From Phoronis australis (taxonomy: Eukaryota > Animalia > Phoronida), in assembly GCA_002633005.1 (NCBI GenBank), contig NMRA01000175.1:85432-149431 (forward strand): DNA of 64,000 bases, in the 5' to 3' direction. The translations under genes were made by a program, and so were the position numbers. Of the stretch, positions 1 to 12,982 are shown piece after piece (position 1 is the first letter of the stretch; each line of letters opens with the position of its first letter). Under the pieces are notes generated by a model. The model was not told the origin of the DNA. It did not search any database and worked only from the letters and a program-made list of their open reading frames with translations.

Positions 1-3000
1 AGAACTTAGAAACATTATGTTCAAATAAATGCCCATATTAGCCTGTCATTATAGTACAGATTCTATGGTTTCTATTTTCCCCACCAGGTGCCCCCATTGT
101 TGTTCAGTGAAGTGGAACTGTTTTGCTGTGTTGTTCTTTACACCACAGCCAGCACTTTTGTACAAACTACAGTGGGTGATGGATGGATGGATGGATACAG
201 ATGGCATTTCTCTCTTGCTCTTGGTTTGATGCTTATCTCTCTTAAGTGATTGAGCTGTAAGTGTTTTTGTTGAATGTTGAAAATTTTCATTGCATGATTT
301 GCTTGATAGGCAAAGGGATAGGCCAATTCTAATCCCCATTTTTAGTGATTTCACGCAAAGCTAGTTCTGTTACCAGGCTATTTTACAATTACTACTCCCC
401 CAAGGAGTTAAAAGCATTATTCAGGTAAATCATTTTCTCATCATGCCACAAAGCAGTTTACCAAAATGTATTTTTAATATGTGACACTGCAGTCTATTTA
501 TTACTTAATGGGCACTTGGGAGAACTCCATTACCTGGAAGTGTCCATTCAAGTAACAGAGAGCACTGTTGGGTATTCTGAGGCAGATCCTGTTACGAAGT
601 GGATTACAGTAAATTTTCACCCACTTTGCACACAATATGGCTGACAGGTGAAATTCTTTTTCTTATTTTTTCATATAAGATATATATTTATATATATGGT
701 GCAAAATTAATGTTTTACCATGTTCAAGATTGTATGATATATCTACCAGGACACAAATTTTTGAAAACTTATGGACCCAAAACAGTGTACGAAGGCTTTG
801 AACGTAAGAAAACATTCAATTTTGTCAGTTATTTTTGTCTGAAATATTTGAGATTTCACCATAACGTGTATTTGTGTGTTCAGTCTGTCCTCACATGAGT
901 GTATTAGCTATTAGGCTCATAACTGGTCCATTTAGCAGAAATTGAGCAGGAACTTTCGAAACTGGTCCTTTCTTTCAAAGATTGACAGGGGACTGAGGAT
1001 TATTTTATTTCAATTTGAAAATGTTTGAAAGTTTAGGATTGAATTTTGTTGTGGTTTGGAAATATATTTTGAAATTAGGTTTGGACTCTCTTAATTGATT
1101 TTGCATAGATGACAGTTTTGTTAAAAGTGTGATTTTTATTAACACAAAGCAATTCGATTGAACAATGTTATTCATTATAAAAGCGTTATTTCCATTTGCT
1201 GTTTTGATGAGTTGCAGGACACATGGTCAAGCTGCTGCTCAGCCAACCTCTTGTTCTATTAATAGCCTGTTGTTCGATGATTGATGCCATTTTAATGTTA
1301 GACTGTATCTAATTGCGGCCAGATCAATGGTTGACACCATCTACAAAGCAGTTATAGTACAGGGCAAAAAAGTCAGTCAAAACGAAGGGCTTCCCTGCTA
1401 TGACAACTGAGCATTAGTGCAATACGACATCATGACGACTGAGCGTCAGCAGAATTCAATTTCCCAGAATAGTTGAAGTGACCTGAGTCATTTACCATTC
1501 GTGACAGAGAAACTGAATTTCGCTTAATTATCTTTGATGTGTACTGTAACACAGGCGTGATAAAGACAAAATGTAGAACACTGAAGTAGTCGAAAACAGA
1601 ACCTATTTTTCTACATCTTGGTTGTTTGCCATCAATAAAAAATGTCTTGGATTTGATAAACTGGGACAGACGTTGCACCAAGAAAGCGAACGATATACAT
1701 GCTTGAATGTTTTTTGTGTAACACAATTCAGGGCTGAACATCATTGAATAATTCATTTTCTTTTCTTTTTCTGCCATCTAGCAAGCGGCTACGTGGCTAA
1801 TGAAAACTCGTTGGTCGCTTTACCTGCATTTATTAAAGTTCACACCTGTTCATCTAGAGTAGAATAGAACAGTGTTGTCCGTATAGCTGAAATGTTTGTA
1901 TAGAAAACAAACCTATTATTTGTAGAAAAGGTGTTTCGTCATATGCTTTTCATTTCCATACTCAGCATATTGTAAACATCATCTTTGCTATGCTTGTCAA
2001 AATGCTATTGATAACTAAAGTTTTTAATCCAAATTACGTGTTGCCTGTTTGTCTGTATGGTATACATCTGACAAATAAGTACAACATTATGCTACTAGCA
2101 TTTATGTCTGCAGCATTTTGAATTCAAAGCACTCCACAAAATTACCATGTTGATAATGATTCTGCAATTTAATTAAAAATTGGATTTCGGTGATGGATAT
2201 GAGTTGTCGCTGCTGTTATACAATGTTTCAGTGATCTCTCAATAGTTCTTCAACCACTAGGTTTCGACCTCCCCAAACGATAATCAGTCATTCCATTCAA
2301 ACTGTGATTGATCATGACCAGAGTTTGTTTAAAATATGCTGGAATTTTGTTATCAACATTCCAGTTCTGAAGGGCGTTGACCTTGGGCAGTTTTTTACAA
2401 CTGTTTTAACTGTGATTTGATAAACTGAGTTGTTCATTATTGGTGCCTCTTGGGACATATTTTGGTGAATAAAGATCCTGCGATGAATTAGCCTAGAAAA
2501 AGCATTGCTCATGGGACTACATGACTTGACATGCGTACACTTAGAGAAGGAGTTGTCTTTGTAGTACAATCTCACCAACTGACTCAATGTGGCAGACAAG
2601 GGAAATTTTATTTCTTCATTTTTCGCAAAAAATAAATATCACCGCTGTTTCATGCTTTTATCATTTTCCAAGTTCTATCCCATGTCAGGTGGATCTTTTG
2701 AGAAAATTTGGACTATCAAAACAATGGTAGAAGCCATGGGAAAATCAGGATGGGTCAATTTTAAGAATTTACTACTATTAGTATTATTATTGTCCAAAAT
2801 TGGTGAGGTTGACTTGAGTTTGGTTCTTGGCATATTGGTCAGAGTTGTGTATGTTTGTTGTATTTTCCAAAAAATGAACCTTGTCAAAGAAAAGGTGACT
2901 GTAAGGTAGTAAAATAAAGGACATTTATTTTGATAGCCTAGTGGAACAAAATTTTCAATCGTAAAAATAAATATATGTACTTTTGTAATAGATGAAATGA

Positions 3001-6000
3001 TATTTATCTTGGTAAGATGGAGAGGAAAATATAAGATTTTATAAGACAGCTCGTGCACATTTGGTGCTTTATAGACATAAGCTGTGATATTTTAAAAATT
3101 TTTGCTGTTAATTACTATTTGTTTTCATTGGAAAATTTGTTTCCAAGATTTTTGGTGTGTCTGGGATAATGGTAAACTAACATTCCAAGATGTGTAGACT
3201 TGCTAAGAATATGAAGTCAGTTCACTTACAATGATGCAGTTTAAGTAATTAAGCAACCTAATTGTTATGGATTTGTGCTAATGGCTGTTGCTATAGTTTA
3301 TTACCCATTTTAATTAATTTATAAGTGGAAAGCCAATGTTTTTGCGTTTTCATGTTCTCTGAAAAAAAATAGTTATCACCTTGGGCATATTTTAACTGTC
3401 TTTTGTCATTTTACCTTTTCAATTCCAGTACTTTTAAACACGGTTGAAATTTGGAATATTTCCACGACCACAATTACCTCAATGGCTTCCAACATGACTT
3501 TTGAAAATGTGCTTGACATACCAAAATGAGGCTACTGAAAATAGCGCGGTTTCTTACCTCCTGGTCAAAGGAGAGTTGTATCGCTGTGTAAACTGGACAA
3601 CCCTATCGGCCAACAAGATTTACAGACCAAGTTCAGTTGTTCATTTTGTTTGTCCAGTTCAACAGATCTCGTAAATAACACAGTTTCGTCCACTGTGTTG
3701 TTTCACTATAATTCTGTGCATATGGTAAGATAATACAAATTTCTCAGAAAAGCAGTTGCCATTTCAATCCCGTAATTTGTGAAACTATTGTCTGGCGGTA
3801 TAGAGCCTAGAAATGAAAACCGTTTACTTGACATTTCATTATCATTTATGAAAGAAATGAAAATAGACAATTTTACTTGACCACCATATTGTGTCCTTAG
3901 TTGGTGACATTTTGTCATAATCACATGAGGCTGGTAATAAGTGTTAAAATATAACTAATGTATCTGGTGGTGAGTACTTTTAGTGAAACTTGTATATTAA
4001 AAATCTTTAAGTCTTGTTGAACTCCTCTTAAGGGTCAGCAGAAGGTCCTGGGTTAGAGGCCCAGAAATCTTTTCGGACTTGTGTTCATTAGGTCATGTGA
4101 TGTGGCCAAAAGGTGGCGGGCAGACCAGACTTAAAAATGTTTGTGACCTCTTGACTTTCATTTTCCAGTTTAATCTCCAGTTTTTGTAGTGTCTCGCTGT
4201 CTGTTGTTGATTTTCGAACAGGTCTGACTACTGTGGTGCCCCCTAGTGGCAATTTTGTACTCACAATTGTATTGCCTACAATGTCTTGAACTTCTTTATG
4301 AAATCTGTTTGATTATTCCAGTATGAATGTGACAACAGATGAAAACTTCTTTTGGATGGATCCAACTATTGCCATCCACCGAAATCCTGGTAATTTTATG
4401 TTTTTAAATTTTCTGCTGTGTTTTCAGAGTTCTTTGAAAATTTTTCACTGAAATCTGGTGGATAGGTTTCTATTAAGAAGACTAGAATGGTGCCTTCCCA
4501 TTTTCGCACGGGTTTGACGTATTATGTGCCATTTTGTGTCCATTTTTATAATAGCAATAGAAACGCACTGTATGTGGTGCCATCATGGGCACCCGAGTGC
4601 TTTTCGATGCTTTTGTTTTAAAGCTGGTATTCTGTGCAGGGTACATTGTGGTTACCACAGATTTTGCTTGGCAACTTGGTAAAAATCCAGCACAAAGTCA
4701 CCAGATTTTTGGAAGCTGTAACCAGTTACACAAATAAGAATTAATTTCTAACTCACTTCAAAATTTGTGTCATGACTTCCAAGTTCCACACTTTTAAAAT
4801 GAATAAAAAATATCCAAACTACTGTACCTTTGGTTTGCATTGTGCTGTTAATTTTGTGAAATCATCCCATATCTGCCACTCTCAATGTGCATCCGAGCAC
4901 ATGCTCAAACTATAACAGGAAGTTAACAGACTGGAGTTGCAATTGCTCAGAAACAAATGGCAGGGCCTTGCTGATAGTGATGTGTGCAAAAAATTGTATT
5001 CTGATTGTCTGCTTTCTTCTTATTAAGTAAGAGCTGAATGGGAAATCGGTCGTCATTGTGCACACTATATATCTCCATTTTCCCTTTTCAAATAATCCAA
5101 AAAATATCCCACGGGGGCATTTTTGGGTGTCGAGGCAGATGTTTAACCATTGCGCTGTAGCATAGTTCCGTATGTCTTTTTTTCAATTCAGTTGTCCCGT
5201 TTTCCCTTATTGGCGCCTATGCGTCATGTCAAACCCACTCATTTCTTAAATGCGACCATGGTTTGTGAAGGCCTGCAAGACTATCGCCCTGCTAAACCGG
5301 GGTTTTCTTTTTTAGGGTGCTCATTTCCCACTTGGTCTTCAGGGAATTTTGCCAAATCGCACGTGGCGAGTTGACGTTATACTAAGCATGAAACCTTGAG
5401 CTGATAAAAATATACTGGTGATTTCATTCTGTTGATTTCATAATTGAGTTATAGATCTGTTAAGACAGGAAATTAGAAACACAGCCATCTCTGAATAATT
5501 GTCTGGTGGTATAGCATTTTACGTCCAATGAGCTTCAACCCTGTTTGAACCCTGAATTGCCATCCACACTATCGAGTTTCCTAAGAACAAGTTACTCTTG
5601 GAACAAGTTGTCACTAGGTTTAATGGTAGTGTGGACCCGATTTGCATTGGGGCAACTTGACACATTTGACAACTTGCCCCAAATTATTGAGTGTGGATGT
5701 ACAGCTGCATACAAGACAGAAGTAGCTGCATGCTTGCTTTGTAATGCAGATGTTATATATTTGGTGTATATTATTCTTTTTGAGCCGTATTTGACACGTG
5801 ATGAAAAAGGTGTAGTGTGAAGCTGAGCTGAAGGGGTGGCAATTTGTACTTAGCAAGTTTTGTTCTAGGAAACTTGTACTGTGGACAGGACTTGCAGTTA
5901 AGATTTTTAAACAACATGACGTGCTTGGACCACGTCTTGGGTTTAATTTTCGTTGGAAGGTCACTTTGATAAAGATCAAGTTTTTACTAGCTGATCTTCA

Positions 6001-8039
6001 AAATAGCCACGCCATATTGAAATCGCTTTTCCCTTCGGACAGCGATCAGGGTTGTTTGGACAGGCATTCAGCGCCACCTGCAGATCTCAAACAGGGCCTT
6101 TAATCTACTGGTTTAAACAGTGTTTAAACACCTCGTATAATCCACTACTGTATGTTGGAGTGTACTATTAATGACTCACGGAAAAAAGCAAATCTCGTGA
6201 AATACATGAGGAAACCAGCCTGATCAGTGTTATCTTGTTGTTGAACAATGTTTCTCTACATCAACCAAGAAAACTGGAGTTGCCGTCTACCCTTGATGTC
6301 ACGAAAGTTGATCTACGCTCCTGTTTTATTGTACTGGAAAATTATCGCATTACGGTTGTTTTCACAGCAATAAAACACTGGCTGAAAGAAATTGAAATGC
6401 CAAGGACAGAAACTAAATTTTTTACCGTGTTTGTGGCTTTTGAAATTGAATTCTCATGAAAAGTTTGTGCGTAATCCTTCTTTCGCGGAAGAAATACAAT
6501 AGAAGTTGACCAAAACGCTGCGATGGGTTTTCATTTGTTCACAACAGTTTTGAGTCGATACGTGTTGACATATACATGAATGCATTCATTCATCGTGGTA
6601 GCTAATTGGCATTTGCGTTTTGACATCGGACGGACAAAAGACTAAGTGATTAACAAAAGAAAGATTGATATCAGGTCTCTGAGAAGTGGTATCATCTGGA
6701 ATATGGACTAAACATTCTGTACCATACCAACTATGAAGAAGAATTGGCAGAATGCAGAGTCAGTGTCTGCGACTGATAAAACGCTATAATTTCGAGTCTA
6801 ACTGATGGAAGCGTGTGTGTGTGTGTGTTCATTGCATTTAGTTGGTGGTGTTGATCGCACAAAATAGTATGACTACCAACCGTCTTGAATTTCTTTCCGC
6901 TGAATCTGAGTCAGGATCAAGCAGAACTCTTTCACGCTCTCATTACTCTAGATTAGTGTAGTGCACCATTATGAAAAGGGCGCTATTTTGTATTCTGTGT
7001 GTCTTCGTTACAAAAACCTCCAGTTTGATTTTCAGTGCCACAAACAGTAGAATGAGGCTAGTCCGGGTATCAATCTAGTCCATTGTTAAGCCTTTGTGCT
7101 ATTTTGTTGGCATCAAGGCCATCAGGCCAATTATCTATCACAGCTTAAAGAGTTTAACTAAAGCCACGCATCGTCCTGTACCGGAGAACGGAAACTTCAT
7201 TCATCTCTTTTGGCTAATTTGTATTGTATTTCTACCGATGACAATGATATCATAACTTTTTACGAAATTCAATTCAGAAGCCAAACAGTTTAAAAAATCA
7301 CCACTACTAGTCCATGTCAACTTAGCCGGTGTTTTGTTGGGGGATGCAGCTGGCGGAAGTGAACCATAAACCATAAAAATGCATTTTTATCGACATTCTA
7401 TGAAATCGGAAACCATCATGAGAATCAAATCAATCGAGCTGCACTAAAAATGCCTGAGATTTTTAGCGAACGACAAAATTCACTTTTGTGCATGACACTT
7501 CATGACTCAAGCTTTTGCAAGTTTAATGAGGCATAATTTGTTATCAAAAACAGTATTCACTTTGTTTTCTTTCTTTAGTGAAAGCTGGTAGGTGTTAAGC
7601 ACAAAGTATCGTCTTTGATGTCGCACGAGTGCAAACGCAGTAACACTTTTGAGTTTGACATTATTCATTATATTGCTTTTCAAAATGCTTAGAGATTGTT
7701 TTTTGCATCCATTGAGTGATGTTAGGAATAGTCCTGTTCACCATCAAAGTATAATGGATATATAGTAAATGTAATGTCTTTAGTGTCTCTAGCCAGACAG
7801 ACAACAGGCTGGCTGCAATAAAACATCCATCAAGTGCTACACAGTGGGTCAAGAGGCGTCTGACATATTAAATAATTACCAGTTAACATTTAACTTTGCC
7901 ACTTGTGCCTGCTATGTCCTGAAGAAATAATGATCTGACTTTTCACTAAAGGATGTCAAAGGTGGCCAAGTGGAAAATGGAACCAAGGTTATGCCCTATA
8001 ACAGCCTAGAAGAATGTCGAAATTTGGCTAGGAAATTAA

Positions 8040-9665
8040 TGGAACGTCGTATTCTCATAAAGTGATGATTGCTTTAGATGAAACTTTCAGATGCTATGCC
8101 TTATGCACTGTTTTCTAAAACTGACCGTTAGCAATAAACATTGTTTTTAAAATTTTCCACTATCAAAAAGTTATAGAACTTTAAATTAATGATTTCTATG
8201 AAAAACCTCAAAATTAACGAAAAACGGAAATGAAATGATTATTTACAAAGCTGTGAAATTATATCTTGAACATTTATATCAAACGAAATTTGGTCATGTT
8301 ATTGGTTCTGTTGTTTTACTGTCGGTGTATCTTTTCTGCAAATGTTACTAAAAAAGACATGGTCACCTGACACAGTCAATGGCAGTTTGGTAAAAAATCA
8401 AAAATAAGATTCTACAGGTTTTCTTCTTTCAAAAAGTGTATACTTGTGTTCAATTTAAAATGTTAATTTCCCTGTTATTACCCATTTTCTTTCATAGCCA
8501 AACCTAGTCTGAACATTATCTTGCTTAGATCCAGTCTGCTTATTTCCATTAAAATGTAATTGAATTTGGTAGTGTCAGCAGCAAAAATGTGTCATTATCT
8601 TGTAATGTGGACCATCAAAAGCTATCCCAAGTGACCATTTCTGCTTTTGTGGCTTCTTTTGCATCTTCTTCTCATAAATTGACCCTTTTTCAAACAATTT
8701 TTGGGTGGACTCGTGAAATGTCACCGATTTCCACCACAACATGTTTGTCAGTTCTCGTGGACAAGAAGTCTCGCCCTGTGGTGGCTGTGTTCAGTTATTA
8801 CTGGTATTCATTGAAATGCGAAAACAAAAGTGATGACTAACAAATGTTTGCCAAACTGTTTTGCACTTAAAAAACCTTCACTGCCCGTTTAATTAACCTA
8901 GAATAGATTGTATATTAATACTTAATGACTATTTACATGCAGCACTTAAATTGTGTTAATGATAAGTACATATTTGTAATCTTGTTTGAAATGCAAGGTT
9001 TCAAACACATCAACTGACCTTGGCCTGCTTCAGATGTTCCTAGATTATAGGCAGAGAATGAAAGGCCGTGAATATTCTCTATTTTGCCGCTTAAAACATT
9101 TTTCACTTGTATTTGGTTTCAAATGTTATAGTAATTATAAAGCAATTTTTAGAGCTCTTGAAGGAAAATGTCAGCAAGTCTGCGTTTTTATCCATTAATA
9201 TCTACAAAGTTATAGACTTTAGCTCAGTAAAAGTATAATTTTCTGAAAGTATAAGCCTGTAGAATCTAATTTTTTTCTTGTTACAAAATCTGCCTTTAAT
9301 TTGGGTCTCGTAACTGTTTTTATTATAAATTAACATCAACAGAAAGGTATATTGGTAGCAAAAGAACAGTATCATTAACATAATCAAAATTTTATTTGAG
9401 ATGAAAGTTCATGATGAGATTGCAAAAAACACTATATTATAGTTTTCTAGAATATTATTCCGTTTTCGTTTCATGCAACATTGGCCTTTTTCATGAAACT
9501 CGTTAAAGTCCTCTTTTGATAACATCTCATCTACTAAATGCGGGAAATTTTATAAACAATGTCTAGCATTGATTAATTTTAGAGAATAATGCGTAAAACA
9601 TCGGTATCTGAAAGTTTCATATCAATATGGTCGACCATTTCTGACATGAAAAGAATTGTACGTTG
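8040..9665. repeat. Long degenerate inverted repeat (arms ~8040-8450 and ~9230-9665), related to the interior of 51089-51652
   Basis: Colinear reverse-complement matches, e.g. GATTCTACAGG (8408) vs CCTGTAGAATC (9256), and ATGAAACTTTCAGAT (8078) vs ATCTGAAAGTTTCAT (9606). Confidence 0.6.
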
Positions 9666-10364
9666 CCACCCAAACACGTGGAGATAATGGGCAACTGGAC
9701 TGCTGGTTTGCGCACCACAGAATTTTCCCCTCCATATCAAAGAAACCACGCTGTTGTGGTTAATTAAATCGCCTCAGGCTGCTGGCGTTATCATTCTCTG
9801 GATAATCAGATCATCATCAACACATTGGGGGTGACAGTAGTATTTTTAAATTTTCGATTTGAAGGTTGTAAATAGCGTATTTGAATAGTTCGTAGGTTTT
9901 TGAATTTTGAGAATTCGACAAGGTATGTGACTTTTACAATCTAAAACATTTCTTTAATGTTCTTCATCAATTCTGCTGGGTGTGCAACATAATTGGGCCA
10001 ATTGCCAAACCGCCAGGTAGCAGTTGGATTTTGAGGTTAACCAAATGTTATTGTACAATTCTTGGCAAGGAGATGTGATGTTACAAAGTTAGCCAAATTT
10101 GGACATTTTTCTAGGGTCCTTAGAACATCATACGTTCTCCACTTGCCCACATATCAGTAGTCTGTGCTGGCTGCCTGTTGCTCGTCTTATGGATTTACCA
10201 TGATAAATCTTTTATTGCACTGTATCTGGATTTGTGTATCTGCATCAGTGCATGAAATGTGAAACTCAGGGTGTCGAACAAAACATTAGGTGCAGGTGAT
10301 ATGTTGTAAATAATTCAGTATTTTTTTAGGTAATGACGCGAATCATGGGAATTGCATCTATAAA

Positions 10365-10525
10365 GACCTTTCCCCACAGAGTACGTTCAATCCGTTAGAG
10401 GTGGATAGACATAAACACCTAAGTGAACTCGAACTTTTTCGCTAGCTTTAGTACCGAATTTAAACACATCCACCAACTGACACTACCGGAAACACTGAAG
10501 TGTTGACATTATGTGGGGAAAGGCC
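10365..10525. mobile_element. Small MITE-like inverted-repeat element
   Basis: GACCTTTCCCCACA ... TGTGGGGAAAGGCC. Confidence 0.5.
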
Positions 10526-12728
10526 GTTACAGACTCGAACAAACACGTCACGCATATGACCCATTTAATCAGTATGTTGTAGCTTCCTACTCCTGTGTAT
10601 TTGATTAATTTCCAATGATTTATTTAACAAATCAGTTTATAAAAAGCTAGTAAAAGACAGTAAACCGATAAAACGTATTATATGCAGCCAGATGTGTCGT
10701 ACTTACGGACTTCTCCAATGGGAAATGGATGTAAGCGATCAGGTAGTGTAAAATAAAACTAACTAAAATGGTCCCTTCCCCTAGCCATCTCCTTGTGCTT
10801 CCCTGTCCTGTTCTTGGTGCTGACAAGGCCATAAAACAACAGTGTCCCTTTAAGGGCTGACTTGGATTACACAGCGATAGAACTCTACTTCGTCCCGGAG
10901 GCAAGAAAGCCCATTGTTTTCATTGGTCTCATTCGGGAATGTCACGCACATTTTCATGAATCACATTGGAAACTGTTTGGTATGTGGCTATGAACATATT
11001 CGCGATTTCAATCGTTTAAGAGTACTGGAATTGAAGAGGTATCGTCAAGGAAGAAGACTCTGTACGACTCAAAGTAAAGCCGACAAAGTCTTTCATTGAT
11101 GTCGACTGGGAGTAATAACATTGATGCTAGATGTCGCGAAGGCAAAGAGGTTAAAGTCGCACATCCTTGGATATTGATCAAGTCTATGCAACTTTTTCCT
11201 GTTGAAGTTGCAGTGCACAGCACAGCGGTAGCACTTCGTTGGCATTGCAAAGACAAATAGAATAATGTAGCCGAGAGGATCTTGAATACCACAACAGCAA
11301 AGAGAACGTGGAACTCCAATGGTGCGAAAACGAGGTTACAAAAGTGCTGGACGGATATTGCAGCATTGTGGATAAATGCAGCGAGATTTGAGTGTTCATG
11401 TGTAATCCGGCGCGGCCCTATTGTGAAGGAATATTTGGTTGAAGTGTTGTGTGCTCAGTTCATAGCATAATGTTGCGACCATGTGGCTACTTCTGTGATT
11501 GTTAGAAATTTGTAATACATTTATTTAGTTTGACTTAAAATATGGTAAAAGACCGACTGTTTTTACATAAGGCAGATTATTTTACTGTACAGTTACCATT
11601 AGCCTAGAACGTGAATTTTGATTTATGACAAGCACATTTTTCTTAAGAATGCTTGCACCATAATTTAGAAATTAGTAATGGTAAGGTTTCTAAATTCAAA
11701 AATTAGGACATCATTGGTTGCTCTTGTAATTTCAGTTCTTGAAATTCAGAAATTAGTGTCGGACAAAAATCATTGCAAAAATTTCCTTTCTCTATCATCA
11801 TCGTGAATCTCGACAAGGTTTTAAAATGTTGTATGACGATAATTTCAACAATGATAAAGTAATAATTAGACAATACAGAAAATATTGTTTTACATTTAGC
11901 TGGTAAGATTTTACATTAAAAATAGGTAATGTCATCGTTTTAGTCTCCATGAGAGGAATGAGTAAGAAATCAAACTCATCTCCTTGGGCAAACATTAAAA
12001 AACAAACTGAAGCACAATGCATAGAATGTGGTATGAACACCTGTCCTGTTCATACCTTTCTTAACGACACATCCACTTAGCATATAAAGCCTTGAGTCAA
12101 TAGTTAGGACACAGGGTCAGTCCTTGACAGATTGGTTGTACGAAGGTGTGGTTCAGAGTGTCCATGTTAGGGTCAGGGCCGTCAGCACAGATACACCAGT
12201 TGGATGGACAAAAACTTACTAAAGGTCAGGCACTTATAGTATATACTTAGTGTAATTTTGTTACCAATAACACTCATGTCTAAGTGGAAAGTGAGTGAGT
12301 GATAGTCATGGTATATTAAGTGTCTCATGCAGCTACCGGTCTTATACCAAACTCAAGCTGTTTCTACATTAGTTTGGCAAATGAAAAAATGTGTGCTTCT
12401 CCTAAAGCTCTTTGCACGGTGATTGTTCTTATTGGAAGAGGTTGAAAAACCGTGTTTTATTGACCACTTGTCACTCAAACACTGGTCTCGGTTTTTTCTT
12501 TTGGTCCCTGCCACACCAAACTTATCCGCCGAACCTCCAAGCCTGTCTCAACAGCCAGATTAAATGGGGTGGGGCCTCGAATGCAATACTATCTATAGGG
12601 TTCTAGTTTACTGAGATCGTACAATGCTAATAGCTGATTCGAAATCAATTTTTCTCCTGCTTTTAAAGTCATACTTGAGAAGTACCTCAGTGTGAAAGTT
12701 CCTTTGTGATCACACTGAGAGCTACGTA

Positions 12729-12982
12729 CAGTACAAGACAAAAGTGATCAGACAAATTTCTGTTTCCCAGTCATGACGCTGTCAACAACAAAATGACTGG
12801 AAATAGCTATTACGGGAGCAAAATTATTACAGAATGGCTTGCTGTCACCGTACAAACTTTCCTGTTAATTCCCCGTCATTCTGGATCATAATGGAAAATC
12901 GCTCTGACAAAATTTGGCGTCTGCCTACCACCGTGATGGGGAAGTTTGGGTCATTTTGTCTAAATACATTTGGCACTTACTG
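12729..12982. mobile_element. Tc1/mariner-type MITE copy A
   Basis: TA|CAGTACAAGACAAAAGT...TACTG; similar to 31739-31991. Confidence 0.7.

Noticed and set aside
176-6830. Short microsatellites ((GATG)n near 178, (GT)n near 6813)
   Set aside because: Ordinary simple repeats
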